This document shows, one piece after another, positions 25,571-39,278 of a DNA stretch of 64,000 nt. Origin of the DNA: Lama glama (Eukaryota); the NCBI GenBank assembly GCA_028534125.1, contig CM052818.1:43588001-43652000 (forward strand), read 5' to 3'. The number at the start of each line of letters is the position of its first letter. Position 1 is the first letter of the stretch. Both the position numbers and the translations under genes were made by a program. The notes under the pieces were generated by a model. The model ran no database searches. It was not told where the DNA came from and saw only the letters and a list, made by a program, of their open reading frames with translations.

Positions 25571-25934
25571 TAATTACACAAGATTGTATTTCTTTGCTTC
25601 TGACTTTAAACACTAGTGCAGGGTCTACAGTCCATTTAAAATGAACAAAACATCAGCTGTTCCCAACCTCTAATTCACAAATTATTTTGACAAAATAACT
25701 ATGGATTGCTTTGTGTATGGTTGAAAACAATTATCCCAATTATTGGGTAAAATGCATATCATTTTTCTGCTGATTTTATTTTACAGTTTTGGTTTAATGA
25801 AGTATTTTCAGTCCCGTAGTCCGTTGAGTCCTGTGACTGCATTGTGACAGCCATAATGTAACTCTGGTCCCTCTTTCCAAAGGAAGTGTTGCCTATTTCT
25901 TTTGTAACCAGAAAGCCTAAAGGCTCAATGTACA

Positions 25935-26200
25935 TAATAATAAATAATTGTATATGTATTGAGTGTTTACTGTGTGCCAGGTGCTGCTCTTAATGTCATG
26001 CATGTGCATTTATGTGCGTGCATAATGTCTTAAAGTGTTTTACCATGCATTCATTAACATTTACAACAACCTTCTGGATTCAGCGCCATTATCCTATACA
26101 TATTACAAATGCAAATACGAAGCCCCACAGAGGCTGAATCTGGTGCCCAGTATAACACAGTAAGTTCAAGGATGAAGCCATTGACCCCACCAGAGCCCCA
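25935..26200 (-). mobile_element. MIR SINE fragment
   Basis: gtattgagtgtttactgtgtgccaggtgctgctct...ttacaacaacc...attacaaatg...ggtgcccagtataacacagtaagt. Confidence 0.65.
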
Positions 26201-27702
26201 GAGTGCCAGGGCTTACAGTGCGCCTTGCAACCCCTCAGTGCCCCCTACCTGGGACACGCCCTTCTCTGGAGTACAGAGCATTATTCCTCTTATCTATAGT
26301 ATGTCACGCTTTGCTGCGCTCATCCCACAGGAGACTGTCACTGTGTTACTGATAATTAATAAATACTTATCTGAGATTTTATTCCGTCTATATCCCTAAG
26401 ACTCAGATCTGGAACATTGTGAGAAAGCTCAAAACAATCCCTTCATTCTGATTCTTAGTAGTCAGGACGGGACCTTTTAAGTCAAATCTCTCTTTTCATA
26501 TTAGAGTTCTTTCCCAGCACCCTCCTTAATCCTGCCATCGCCCTGTACACCCTTATGCCATCCAGACAGAATTAGGAGAGCCTGAATCCTAGGATGAGTA
26601 TGCTCATCTTGCAATCCACACCATGGCTTGGTATACAAAACCTCAGGGCTTTTCAGTGCATATGAGAAAGGGGCAAAAACAGGAACGTTTCCATGAAGAA
26701 GTTATCTCAAAGACATGGGACAGGTTAGAAGTAATTTTTTTTCAATTATGTGTAAAATTAAAAGAACATGAACAAATTCTTGTTGTTCATCACCTCAGTG
26801 CTTATAAACAGCCAGTTGTTTGAAAGCAGCTCTCCCTTTGAAAGGTTTCCAAGGACAGATTTTAATGATCTTATGCTTAATTGAATCTTTATTGAAAACT
26901 ATAAAATCACAACACCTTAAATAGGTCTAGTGAACTAAAAACAAAGATGGCATTTGAAGAACATAACTAATATACTTCTTCATCTCAAAAGCTTAAAGTG
27001 ATTTTTAGCTCATTTAATTATCTTTGAAATAATTTCCTTTAAATTTAAATATCTGAGAAGAATGTAATTATATACTTAATTTATTTTGCAAATAGTTATG
27101 CAATTTTATGTAATTCCTAAATACAATAATTCTAACTGAGAAAACTCAAGTCTGTTGGTCAATTATTATTTTTTAAAGATCATTTGAGTTGATTTTTGGC
27201 ATTTCCTATCACAAGTGTAAGCCATGTGTCCAACTGTTTGCCACTAAATATTCTATAAGGTACTATGTTGCAGCATATAAAATTACTATTTTTCTACTCT
27301 TTTAGATCTACAAAATGAAAATTACACTTCAGTTTGGTATTATGCTATGATGTATGTTTAAACCCACCACAGAACAAAGACCACAGGAAGTATTATATAC
27401 TGAGAACTCTTGGCAAAATTCCAAATTCAGTAAATTTTGGTCTTAGTGCTTGCCTAGCTGTTCAGTGATTTTTGGGGTGACAAAACCCCACCTCATTTCT
27501 TCCAAGGATGTTTATGATCTGTTTTACTTCTCTGTTCCCTTCAGTTTCTCTAGTCACAGCTTCTATTCTTTCAATTAAAGGAGGGAAAAAAAAAAGCAAT
27601 CTTATCAACCAAATTTGTACCAGAGTGAATCCCTAAATTTTGCAACTACTTCATATTTGAAAGAAATCACATGCATTATAGCCATCCATATTATTCAGCA
27701 TA

Positions 27703-27846
27703 CAATCATCCCTTGAATTTGCTGGCAGTTGGTTCCAGAACAACCCTGCCCCCCTCATGGTTACCAAAATCCACGGATGCTCAGGTCCCTTCCAGATGTC
27801 CTTGGTATCCACAGATGTGGAACCCATGGATCTGGAGGGCTGACTA
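27703..27846 (+). mobile_element. MER2-like TcMar-Tigger element, internally deleted
   Basis: ta|caatcatccc...ttggttccagaac...accaaaatccacggatgctcaggtccc...atccacagatgtggaacccatggatctggagggctgacta|ta; TA on both flanks. Confidence 0.85.
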
Positions 27847-28819
27847 TATCTGGTTGAGAAAATAGCAAGGACTTGACAGAGATGCTAGTCTTAGAAGACA
27901 GCCTGCCAGCATGCAGAAACCTTTAACCAGGATGTATGAGTTAGGTAGATTTTCCAGGCTTGAGAGGAAGACACCTGCAGCATTGAGAAACGATATTGGA
28001 TGGAGGAGACCTGGCAGAGCAGCCACATACTCTGTATGAGTCTATTGATAATTTTCACAAAACATAACCTTGATTATTGTTGACACTCAGAGTTGATGAA
28101 TTTTTACAAAAATTTAAATTGAAAAATACTGGGGGTTTCATATAAAATCTGGTTATTCATATTAAGGAATGACAACAGTAACTACTTAAGTTCACAATTG
28201 TTCTAGTTACAAACAGCAGGTGACAGAGGCTTATATTCTTTTTCTGGAATGAGTTTCACCCAGCAAAATGGTGACTACTAGATTTTTCCATTTATGTATC
28301 CATTTTGGCTTCTAATATTGCTGTGTGAATCTTTACCTGCATATTCTGAAAAAGTGTATTTTCCTACAAATTTAGAAGAAAAAAAATCCTAGAAAACTGC
28401 AAAGTGTGTATTGCTAGTTAGAATTGGGGTGGACGTAAGAGATGAAATTTAAAGGGATTAGAAAGAAAGTATATATGATGCTAATGTGGTTTTACATGAT
28501 AATGATGAGCTATCTTAGGTTAGCCAGATGACAGAAAAATACCCAAATCACCGAAAAAGAATAACAATGGGGCAGAGTTATTTCAAACAAGACTAAGAAA
28601 AGATATTTTAAACTTTTTAAATGACATTGAAAGGTTGATCCAGTTCTAACACCCAGAGACAAGAGAATGGTAGTGATGGTAACAGTGACATCGGAATGTG
28701 ATGTTTAGGTAATAATGACAGTAGTATTTGTAAAGCCAATTATAAAACACTTTATAAATTAAAAAGAACTTCACTTTCAAAGGAATTCATATCAACCTTC
28801 TGAAGCTGTATTGTATCCC

Positions 28820-30110
28820 TGTTCAGATTCTCTAAATTTACGGCATCATTGTTGCCTTAGTGACTGAAGCCCAAAACTCAGAAATCATCTTGGATTCTTT
28901 CTTTCCCTTCCGTTCACACCTGGTCAAAAACAGAACTCATATTTATTATCCACTCAAATTATCTCTCAGATGTGTCTGTTTTTTCTATTCCTTAGTTCAC
29001 CAGCTTAGGTCGAGCTTCTATGAATTTTCACCCACATAATTCCAAGAAAATTTTAAATTTGTCTCCCTGCTTTTAGTTTTTTGCCCTTCAGACTGTTGCT
29101 GGAAGTTCAACCCCCGTTCCTGACGAGCCAAAGAATTCAGAGACCGGGTCTTGGAGCTTAGAAGAAAAGAGGCAGCTTTATGACTTTGCCGGGCAAAGGC
29201 ACGGCAGGCATGTGCCTTCAAAACTGTGAGCCCGTCTTAGGGATGGGGCTTAGTGATTACATAGGGAACAAATTGGGGAGTAAAAGGGGGCAGCAATCAA
29301 CAAGAGTCACTGGGGAAGCTTCCTCCTGAATCTTGGCGAGTCTGTCCAGCATCGTGGGACTGTCCGGTGGTCTGAGGGTCATCAGCCTGCGACCTTCTTT
29401 ATCTGATCAGACTCGTTAGGCGCCAGGAGGGACTTCAGAGGGTCTGGTCACTCTCCTGAGGTTGTCGTCTGGTGACTCCCTTCCTAGGGGAATGACTCAG
29501 GATCCAAACATGATTGAAAATTTCAATTGCCAGAGTGAGGTGGAACAAACAGGACAATTAATAACTCTGACTTTAATTGTAACAGTGGGCCTGGGGCTGG
29601 GGGCAAGGTCCAGTCAGGTAGATTTGCTGACCATTGTGAAAGCAAATGGCAAATATAAAGCCAGGAATTAGTTAGCCTAAGCGCGGCCATCCTGTTACTT
29701 CTCCTTCAAGTCCATCCTCCATAATGCAACCAGAAGAATTTTTTGAGACCCTGGAAAGATAAGGCAGTTGCCAGTACAAACTGTACAAGTACAGTCTGTG
29801 TTCTCCAGTACCAGGTTGATATGGAAGTCCGTCGACGGCAATGCTCTCCAAGAAGCTCATTTTGCTGCTGAAATAAAGGACAGAACGGCTCCTCTAAGTT
29901 GCAACATTTGTGAAGGGCAAGCTAAGGCTTTTCAGATTTCTTCTTAACCTTTCTTTATGCCTCTTCAGAGAGCTCACTGCCTTTATTATTCGTGCCCCCT
30001 ACAAAGTTGTTCCCCATTCTCTGACGTCACTCTTGCTTTCCCTAAGCTTTTGCACCTTTTAAACACTTTGACCATTTTACTTCCTAGTGAATTCCCATTC
30101 ATCATTCAAG
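28820..30110 (+). mobile_element. L2 fragment interrupted by a young LTR
   Basis: gcccaaaactcagaaatcatcttggattctttctttccc...gtctccctgc[LTR]tccatcctccataatgcaaccaga. Confidence 0.6.
29094..29708 (-). mobile_element. Young ERV1-class solo LTR (615 bp), probably lineage-specific
   Basis: TG...CA termini (minus strand TGAAGGAGAAGTAACAGGATGGCCGCGC...CCAGCAACA), 4-bp TSD AGAC/AGTC, many retained CpGs, inserted within L2. Confidence 0.8.
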
Positions 30111-30149
30111 ACTGCTTACACATTTGCTTTTCTGAAATTTTTTAAAAAG

Positions 30150-30890
30150 CTTTTTATATGTAATGTTAGTCTTGTTCAAATGGCATAACCATGTTCCAGG
30201 TACTCTTTAAGCCAATATAGATATATTAAATTCAGTTCTCCCATAACCCAACTAAGCAGGTGTTCCTAAAATCCCTGTTTTACAGGTAAGAATTAAGAGA
30301 CACAGAGAGTTGCTGACTGAAATAAATGCACAGCCTAAAAGTTGGGAGTCATGTTTCATTTGGCGGACATCTCTGAGGACTCGAACCCCTTCGAGCCCAG
30401 GATGACAGCCTCTCAGATGGCTAAGGAGGGACTGCTCCGAAGAGGTGGCGGAGGGGCCAGGATATATAGGAGCTTTACATTTACATACATAGGAACTTTA
30501 AAAGATTACTTGTTAACCAAAGAAAACCAGGCATCTCAAGTTAAAGAATTGAGCGCTTTTCTATGTATGGGAGGAAGTGAACATTTGGGCTCACTGAATT
30601 CATTCCTTTGACAAGAACCTAGCTCTCTAGGGCCAGTATCCTGTCCTTTCTTGTTCTGAGTCCCCTCAGAGGGCACCACTGTGAGTGGCTGCAGAGGTCG
30701 GGCTGCAGGCTTGTCTTCCCTGGGGAGTGGCAGCAGCGCTGATGACTTGATGGCTTCAGCATTCTTTGTTTACTGATACAGTTTGCAGTGTTTTTCGTTC
30801 ACAGAGTCATGCAGCTAGTAGGTGGTAGAGTCAGAATTTGACCTTGGCAGTCAATTCTGGAGTCCAGTCTCTTAAAAACTGTACTGAATT
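30150..30890 (-). mobile_element. MIR SINE interrupted by an LTR
   Basis: atccctgttttacaggtaagaattaagagacacagagagt[LTR]catgcagctagtaggtggtagagtcagaatttgacc. Confidence 0.75.
30311..30803 (-). mobile_element. MER41-like ERV1 solo LTR (493 bp)
   Basis: tgctgactgaaataaatgcacagcctaaaagttgggag...gcttttctatgtatgggaggaag...ttcgttcaca; TG..CA termini; perfect 4-bp TSD GAGT at 30307-30310 and 30804-30807. Confidence 0.85.
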
Positions 30891-32861
30891 CCTCTCTTCT
30901 GTAATGTTACGACACTTGGGACTGACGCTAATAAGTGTGTGTCTTATAATTTTACTTACTGATTTGTCATTTCAGATAGAAAGTTTGAACTGACAGAGAG
31001 GGCGAAGTGTTTCTCATGGTTCATATTCAGCATCTAAAAGAATCCACACTGCTTTGAAGTGCTGAATGAGTGAATAATGGATTCCTGAATGTCTTTACTC
31101 TTTTTGAAGAGTCAAGTTTCTTCAACAGTGAGATGATATTTGACATTAGTTACATTCTTATGCCATCATGTCCAAGTATTTTTTGATAGTTTGTTAATCT
31201 ATAAGAAGGTTGAGGCCTAAAGACATTTTTGATAGTTTGATCCATGAGTTTATTTAAAGTAAAGCAAGTCTCATAAAACAGAGCCATGGAGCCTTAGGAT
31301 AGAAGAAATATTATCTCCCCTGATGTTCTCATCTGGTAGACCTCCTTCAATCAGAATTTAAAAACTCAGTTTAATAAGATGTCATTATGATAATGTTATC
31401 TTCATTTCTTTTTGCTCTCATGAAATTTAATCATGACTTTAAAACCTAATTTTACAATTCTTAATACACTGCATTAATTCTGCTATTGAATGTACAATTA
31501 TAAGAAAAATTTTCAGCTGGTATTAGCCTGGTTTGAGTCTTCATGAAACCAAGTCATTCTCCCATTCCATAACCTATGCTTCTGACCACGTAGTCGAGAG
31601 CACAGAATTAAGAGTTCAAAGGCTGGGGATCAAGCCCAGGTTTTTCCAGTAATGATCCATGCAATCTCAGTCACATCACTTCAACACCTAATAACTCAGC
31701 TTCTTCAAGAGAAAGGCCACATGTTATGTCATCCCACTGCCTGGGTCTGGCAGAATAATGATCAGTTAATAAAATGGGTTGTCTTAGCAATAAATCAGAT
31801 CCAATTGTCTCCATCTGAGAAATCTGAAAAAATAATGTAACAAAAATGCTGAACTTCTAGACATTACAGGACAAATGAAAAGCTGAAGAATTTTCATTTA
31901 AGAAGAGAGATCCCAAACATAAATTTTTTTGGGGGGGGTATTTGAGCAAGTTGTCAGAGTTGTAGTCATGAATAAACCTAAACTCTGCAAAATGGGTGCT
32001 TTCAAATTTCGAGTTTCCATATTCAGTAGAGATCATTTGTCTTAGGAAGAGGGAATTTTTAGTAATACACTGATAGATGTAAGAAAATGTCTTTCCTTCT
32101 GGTTAGAATGGGATTGTCTGTACTTTTTCTTGGAGCAAGTGAAATTTGCATTAACACGTGATATTAAAATGGGGCAAAATGGCATTAACCTACGTGGCAA
32201 TTTCATAATCAACAATGAATAAAACGCATCACCCAGCAGGTTACTGTTCACTCTTCCGTGCTCCGTGTCTAGAACTGGGCTGGCACAGACTCTTAGATAT
32301 CTTGTCGTCTTCAATTACATTTGGCAGACTGCCTTTCCCAGAATAATGGCTTCATGGATGTTGATTTATTAAATCCAAGGATTCTTTTGCGCTCCAAATG
32401 CATGTCACTGTATGTTTTAGTGCCACCTCATGTTTAGTTGAGAATTATCAGTGACATATTTGAGTTTTTTTCAGAATGTAGTTTATTGGCCATCTGTGTC
32501 AAAAAAAATCATCTGGGAAACTTGTAAGAAACACAGATTCGTGGGTCTACCACAAAATCAGAATGAAAACCTAACCCTCTATGAAAGGATATGAGCTAAA
32601 ACCTCTAATCAATCCTCTGCACCTCTACTAAGGAGACGTTTCCTTTGTATTCAACCTGTAAGCCAAGCACAGTCCCCTGATCAGCACGTGATCATTAACT
32701 CTTTGGCTTTAGCACAAGTAGTCCCTTTTTGGTATAAGACACATTTTTATTGTTAAATAAATTGTTGAGTGGATTTCTATATGGCGCTTGTAAACTGGCT
32801 GAAAATACAAAACATTTTTTCAGTTAAATCCTGGTGGGAGATATTTAGGTATTTATAGATA

Positions 32862-32884
32862 TGTGTGTGTGTGTGTGTGTGTGT
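32862..32884. repeat. (TG)n microsatellite
   Basis: tgtgtgtgtgtgtgtgtgtgtgt. Confidence 0.95.
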
Positions 32885-32969
32885 ATATTTTTTAACCTAC
32901 TGAGGATCAGATGATGGGAAGTGAAATTACATATTGAGCTAATTATCCTTGCAAAGTCTTAAGATCAAC

Positions 32970-33140
32970 TATCTTATCTGATTCTCATTACAATTTAAAA
33001 GATAAGCATTTTTGGGTCTATTTTACAGGTGAGAAAAAAAAGCACAAAGAAGTAATGTAACTTTTTCTAGTTTCTCCAGCCAGGAGGAGCAGACCTGAGG
33101 TACAAATCTAGGGTTGGTTAATATTGAAACCCTTATATTT
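32970..33140 (-). mobile_element. MIR fragment
   Basis: ttctcattacaa...ctattttacaggtgagaaaaaaaagcacaaagaagtaatgtaac. Confidence 0.55.
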
Positions 33141-34399
33141 CCACATGAATATATGTCTAGTTTTTGACTACCGTTGTCCTAAAGACAAGTGTACATTACA
33201 AGCATTTTGACCTTATAACTAGTCTGGATTAATTTTAAGGTTGACTAATATAAATGAATGACATTCGTACATACATTAAAATTTTTTTTAAAAAGATCAA
33301 AAGGTAAAGCAGTCAGCAAGCTCTCACCACCACTGCAGAGGGAAGAAACACAGCTGCCTGAACAATAAAAATTCAACTGCTCATAAATTGTAACAAAGTA
33401 CTTATTAACCACAAATGTGACATTTGCTTAATAAAAATTTCTGTAGTAAAGCTGAGGGAAGCAACCAGCTTGAGGAAAAAGAGAAGGAAACCTATTGAGT
33501 AGCTGGTATTTTTTGGTGTGGGTTTTCTGAAAAAATTCTACAAAATGTTGTTAATCTCCAGTGACTGCTGTGATTATATCTGGGACAGGATGCTTTCAAA
33601 GAATGACCAATTTCAAATCTTTCAAATGTATTTATTTAAAAAAAAATAACTTCACAATTGGTGAAATGACCAAACATATTCTAGGAAGAGTTGTACCAAT
33701 TTGCTTTCAAGAACAGACAAAAAAAACTACATCTGGTAAACTCTGCAGTCAGCAATAGGAAACAAAAACCAAACTTGAACTTTTGATGTGTATTGTGTTT
33801 GCTGTAAGTAAACACAATGAACACTAAAAATAGCATATTCTCAAAGACGGGTCATGAAGCTGTTTCAGCGATGCTGAAGGCACATTTTTCAGACTGTTCT
33901 CAGCACTTTCAGGCCCAAGACTGTGGTTGGCACAAGGTACATTTCGTCTTCAGTCTGAGCCTGCTTAAACAGGTGCTGTGCGAATATAAAGCCTCATTAT
34001 CCTGGATAGGAGCTTATTGTGAGAGAATGCCGAGACAGCAATCCGTGGAGCAGTTGCTTTTCTCCTTTCACGTGTATTTATATTCTAGAAAGACATTTTA
34101 GGTGGCTTCTGAAAAGTGTTCACTGAATATTTATGCACCAGGTTTTCGTACGAAGCCTTTCTATAGATGGCGTTGTGTAAGAAAACTGAATTTTTCTATA
34201 AGTACTGGTCATAAAAATTGTGAAGTGCCATTAATTGCAAGCTGTTTATTATGGAGGCAAAGGAAGGTTTCTGTAGGCCTTAGAATCGCACTCATTTTAA
34301 AAAATGTGTTTCCGTCAAATGCAGATAAAGTGAGAGGACTGATGAAGATAGTAAAACGGATCACAGCTCACAGAGGACTTTAAATACAGGGGGCTCTTG

Positions 34400-34560
34400 T
34401 CATGACAATTTTATGATGGAAAAGTTAGTGTCTGTGCTGTGGAAACTGAAGCTCGGAAAGATTAAGTAAGATGCTGCAGTTACACAGCTGGCAAGTGAAA
34501 AGGCTGGAATTAAAACCCAGGTTTCTGGCATGTAACCTCAGACTCTACCCACTGCAGTAC
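34400..34560 (-). mobile_element. MIR fragment
   Basis: ggaaactgaagctcggaaagattaagtaag...tacacagctggcaagtg...ggctggaattaaaacccagg. Confidence 0.7.
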
Positions 34561-34779
34561 AAGTACGCAACCTCTCTGTAATTATTCCATAATCAGAATG
34601 TGCAAATACATGCGTGTCTGTTTGTTTTCTGGTCAAGTATCACAACCTGCACTTTTACTAAAGCCACAAAAACAGTGGCTTTTTTTGGTTTGTTTTTTAA
34701 ATGTATTGTTCCCTGGGGGATACAAAGGCGAATTCAACTTGATACCTTCCTTTCTCTAATTTCCTGCTTTCCAACAACC

Positions 34780-35308
34780 CTCTGACTCATACATTTTATT
34801 GCCAAACATTTACTCTGGAAAGAGGTTGCTCTTGGTAGGATGTGTGAGCTCTCTAGATGTTCAAAATCTATAATGGCATTTTTGAGTCAATATAACTGTT
34901 GGGTCATTTTTTTTTTCTTCCTCCTCAACGAGTTATTCAATACTAGCCCAACACCAAACTAGGATCTTTTTAAACTTGAACGTTGAATCTCAGGAGCACA
35001 GAAACCGAAAACTAGACTGTGGTTCACACTGACCCAAACTGCAACATGCTCTCAGGACGAAGTTCTTCTTAACATTAAACTGATCACGTGATACTGCAGG
35101 TGTCGTGTGACTCCTGCCATTTTCAGGCTTCCCAGGTAAACCAAGGTCCTGAACCCTGTATAAAAAGTCTCCTAGACAAGCCTGACCTCCGCGGTCATTG
35201 CAGAACAGCACGTGTTTTTATCACGTTCGTGGATGGATATTGCAACCCTTCCATGGTCCCCTGCAGGATCCTTAGAGGACAGAGTCTCGTTGCCCAGCTC
35301 AGCCATCA
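34780..35308 (-). other. Candidate 3'-terminal exon of an unidentified gene
   Basis: Acceptor ttcaccttctgtcatcctctccatctgctaacAG|TGATGGCTGA; AATAAA at 34800-34795; non-repetitive and CpG-containing. Confidence 0.35.
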
Positions 35309-37359
35309 CTGTTAGCAGATGGAGAGGATGACAGAAGGTGAAACAAAACAATGCTTAATGGATCCCAGGACATTAACAAGATCTGAATAAACAGACCACA
35401 GGATAAACACACATGCCTTGAAAATGGAAAGCAAGACTGCTTCCTGTGTCTGCTACCAAATGCAATGTCCCTCTTCTTGGTAACCAAGAGACTAACACGT
35501 CTAGCCATTTATATTCCAGTCAACAAATAAAACACTGAGTTGCATCGCCAGAGCATGTTTCGTGAGTGGGTTAGCTGGTGCTGTGTTTCTCTTCCATCTC
35601 ACATATATTAGTTGCCCTCAATCACTATGTTTCGATTCAGTTACAGCTCTGAGGTCAGTCCTGATTAAATGCACTCTTATTTACACTGGATGACTATGGA
35701 GATATTCTGCTTTTGCACAAAAAAAGTCAGTTCTATTGCTCATGACCGCAATGTGAAATGCTCTCTGGCCCCAGATTTTTTTTTTTTCTGGAAGCCAAGT
35801 GGCACAGGAATGTAGGCAATTTAGTTCTCAAGTGGCTGCCTTAAACATGGCAACTTGCAAATCAAATCTTTATTTTCATTCAACTGAGCATCATCTCTTT
35901 AAGTTCTCAGCGTTGGAAACTCCTGTCATTCATATAAACGACGGATGAACTCTGCCAAAAAAGTGGCAATAATACTATTATCAGGGTATCCTAGAGGCTT
36001 TGCTTTTCAGTAAGTAATACTTGGACTTTTCAAAATAAGTAAGTGGAAGTTGGGGACAAGAGGAAAGAGTTAATTTTTCTTAGACTTGCTCATGGATCAG
36101 ACAGAACCAGGGATTGGGGTGAAAATCTGTTATATAATGTATTCTTTCCCAAGGGCTTTTATGGAGATCGAGGAGATGCGCCTTGGGATGGTTCGAGCTT
36201 GTTCAAGTTTGTTGGTGCAGAACCCCTTTGAGAACCCTGGTTTTCTGACTCTAAAACCTGTTTTGTGGTTCCTTCTGTTTAATTTAGTTTATTTTTATTT
36301 TCGAGCATACTATGTATTAGGTACTTACATGGATTTGCATTATGCTGAAGGAAAAATACTCAGGGTCTATTCAGTGGCATCCAGCTGCCATCAGTGCAGG
36401 TGCTATAACCTTCCTCACAGAACAGCAGCCCTGCTGTCACATCAGAGACGGAGGATTCCCGCCATCGACACCACGGGGTAGCCACAGAAGTCCTGCCGGG
36501 GAGGGGGATCTTGCACTAGCCGTTACTCAGATCTTACCAGATTCATGCTTGATGTTGAAATGGGAAAATGTATGGCTGTTTTCTTTTTTTTTTTTTCTGT
36601 TATCAAAATTTTAAACCTAAACCAAGTTAGATGAGCAAAGAGCAAAATGAGAAACAGATATAATCAAAGCCCATAGAAAAATATTCACTAAGTGACAAGC
36701 TCCTACTATCCCCTGGCCTTTTGTTGAAATCTAATATGTAAACATACAATAAACATTTCATAGTATTTTGTAAAACTAGAGTCAAGTAATTTGTGGCTCC
36801 TTCACTGATTTTTTTCCTCCATAGGATAGATTTTCCCTCAAAATGTAAAATCAAAGAAGAAATAACAACTCTGTCTCTCTACCAAGAATAAATGTGCCTG
36901 TTCTTTATAAATGATACAAAGATAGGAGCTACTAGCCTGTCCTTTCATATTGGACGCCTGAGAGTATAAATCTAAGTTTGGTTGTGCTAAATTGATAAAA
37001 TTGTTCCATGATTTTCGTCTGATTTCTGTCTCTTCTGTTTTGGGGGTTGTAATCATGTTTTTAAAATATTTTTATGCAACTGTCATACACATATTCATCA
37101 GCTAAACTGAATGAAATTGAATTTGGCAGGTGTATGCCATTAAACCGTACACTGTTACAGTCATTTATTTTTCCCAGTGTAGGACCTATTGTGAATGAAT
37201 CTATGTGAAGTCCTGTGAAAGATCCAAAATCTAAGACTAAGATGGGGTTCCTCTCTTTCCGATACCTGTAACTAAATATGCATCAATAGAGCCTGTGAAA
37301 AGTCAGAAATGATAAGTTCAGATAATAATCCTAAAGCCCAAAGAGGGATCACAGGTGAT

Positions 37360-37630
37360 AACTAATAATAATAATATAGATTTATGTTGTCTGCCTCTGG
37401 GCCTGACACTGTTACTGTTTAACGTGCTTCACATCTATAAACTCATTCAGTCTTTGAAACCAACCCGTCAACTATACTCCACTGTTATCATTCACATTTT
37501 TCAGATTGGGGAATTAAAGTTCAGAGAGGTTACATGGCATACCCAAATCACACAGCTTATAAGAAACAGAACTGGGGTTTAGGTCAGGCAGTCCTGAGTC
37601 TTTCTCCTTAAGCAATATTCTGTGCTGCCA
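37360..37630 (-). mobile_element. MIR SINE
   Basis: ttatcattcacatttttcagattggggaattaaagttcagagaggttacatggcatacccaaatcacacagct. Confidence 0.75.
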
Positions 37631-39278
37631 CTCAAAGATCAGAATGGCCAGGGCCAGTCTGGGAAATTGGGAGAGTTTCCTAGAGATGTTAAGATTTAAC
37701 TACATAAGAATTGAGGTTCAAAACAAAAATAAATGATGGCCGTTGTATTTGTTCTTTGAAAATAAATTTCACGTTTTTACATGGTTTCAACTTTTCTTCC
37801 TTGTAGAAAACCCTGCACAGTGTTATAGAGCAGCTGTGCGTGGATCAGGGGTTGGGGTGTGAGGGAGAGAAGAAAGAAAAGTACTTGCCTGTACTTTTAC
37901 AGGCAAGTAAGTTGCTTTGATTGATAATGAAATGGATTTATTCAATTGCAACTTAAAAAGTCTCATTCAATTCAAATAATATAATTCAGAATTTAACTTT
38001 CTTTTTTAATTAGTTACTATGGTACAGACCTTTGTGTTCCATTTCGGGGGGAAGTGTGAAGGGCAGAACCGTGGGTGGCATTTAGAGTTCAGTTGCACTT
38101 CTTCAGAGAAGTTATGCAGACACCTCATCGGGGCGATGGCCTGGCAGCCGGGCAGCCCTGGGCCCCTGCATGGGCTGCAGGAGACTGTCCATGGGCAGCC
38201 TACTGTTCCTGAACAGAATGCCATTTTATAGGGACTATTAGAAATGCACAAATTCTGCACATGAAATGTCAACTGATATATTAAGAAAAGCAACTCACTA
38301 TAGTCACTAGCTGTAAAATTTCTTTAGCTTTTACCCCATTCTGCTCCATAGATACACCATAAATAAGCTTGTACCATTTCAGATGAGATCATTTGACACT
38401 CAAAATACACATTCAAGTGAAACTTTTGCAATAACAGAGTGAAAATTTAAAGAACAATGAAAATAATAGTATTTCTCCATCTTCACTTCAGAAACCAAGG
38501 TCATGGATTATGAATTTTAAACAGGCACTATATCACTCAAAAATCCTTCTAGATAGAGAAATGGCGTCTTTATTCAACTTGCCTATTACTTTTAAAGTAT
38601 GTTCACACTGAATAGCTTTCTGCTTTGGACAAGGGTAACTTGTACAAATTGGATACTAATACAAAAAAAAAGTTAATCCCTATCATAAAGCAATTGAATT
38701 TCATAGCATTTTCGTATTGTATTTTATAGTCAGTGATGCTGCCCCCCACTATGTCTAGAAATCCAGAGAAAATTGAGTGCTTGAAAATAAAATGCAGGCT
38801 TAATATTTATGTAACCTTTTCAGTATGGCATAGCTGAGGAAGATATTCCTCATGGAAAATGAGATGAGCCGTAAAATTAGTCCCTGGAGTATACAGACTA
38901 CCAAATACTCGACTTCAGGCACAGCAGAATGACAGCAGGGTGTCGATGGCGTCTCCCTTAACCTCGGCTCATGAGTGGTGTAGCAGATACATGGCTTCAT
39001 TCTCGGTTTTAGTGTATGTTGCCTGCACTTCCTGGTCATCCTTAAGGCTTCTCTGCACACACATTGATGACTGCCTTCCCATCACATTGAATTCCGTTTT
39101 CTCACCACAATCAGTCCACACGTTTACACAGAAAAGCATCACCTCCTGGTTTTAGGTGAGAAGGTTGGTCATCTCACTGCTCCTCACTAGTAATGCTGCC
39201 ATTTGTGCACCACTCAGAATTTGAAGAACAGGGTGTATAGGACACCTTCAGTATCGTTTAGTTTTGTTGGTGTCTTAC

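Noticed and set aside
29094..30803. Two adjacent LTRs as the ends of a single provirus
   Set aside because: Their sequences are unrelated, each has its own TSD, and the spacer is L2/MIR
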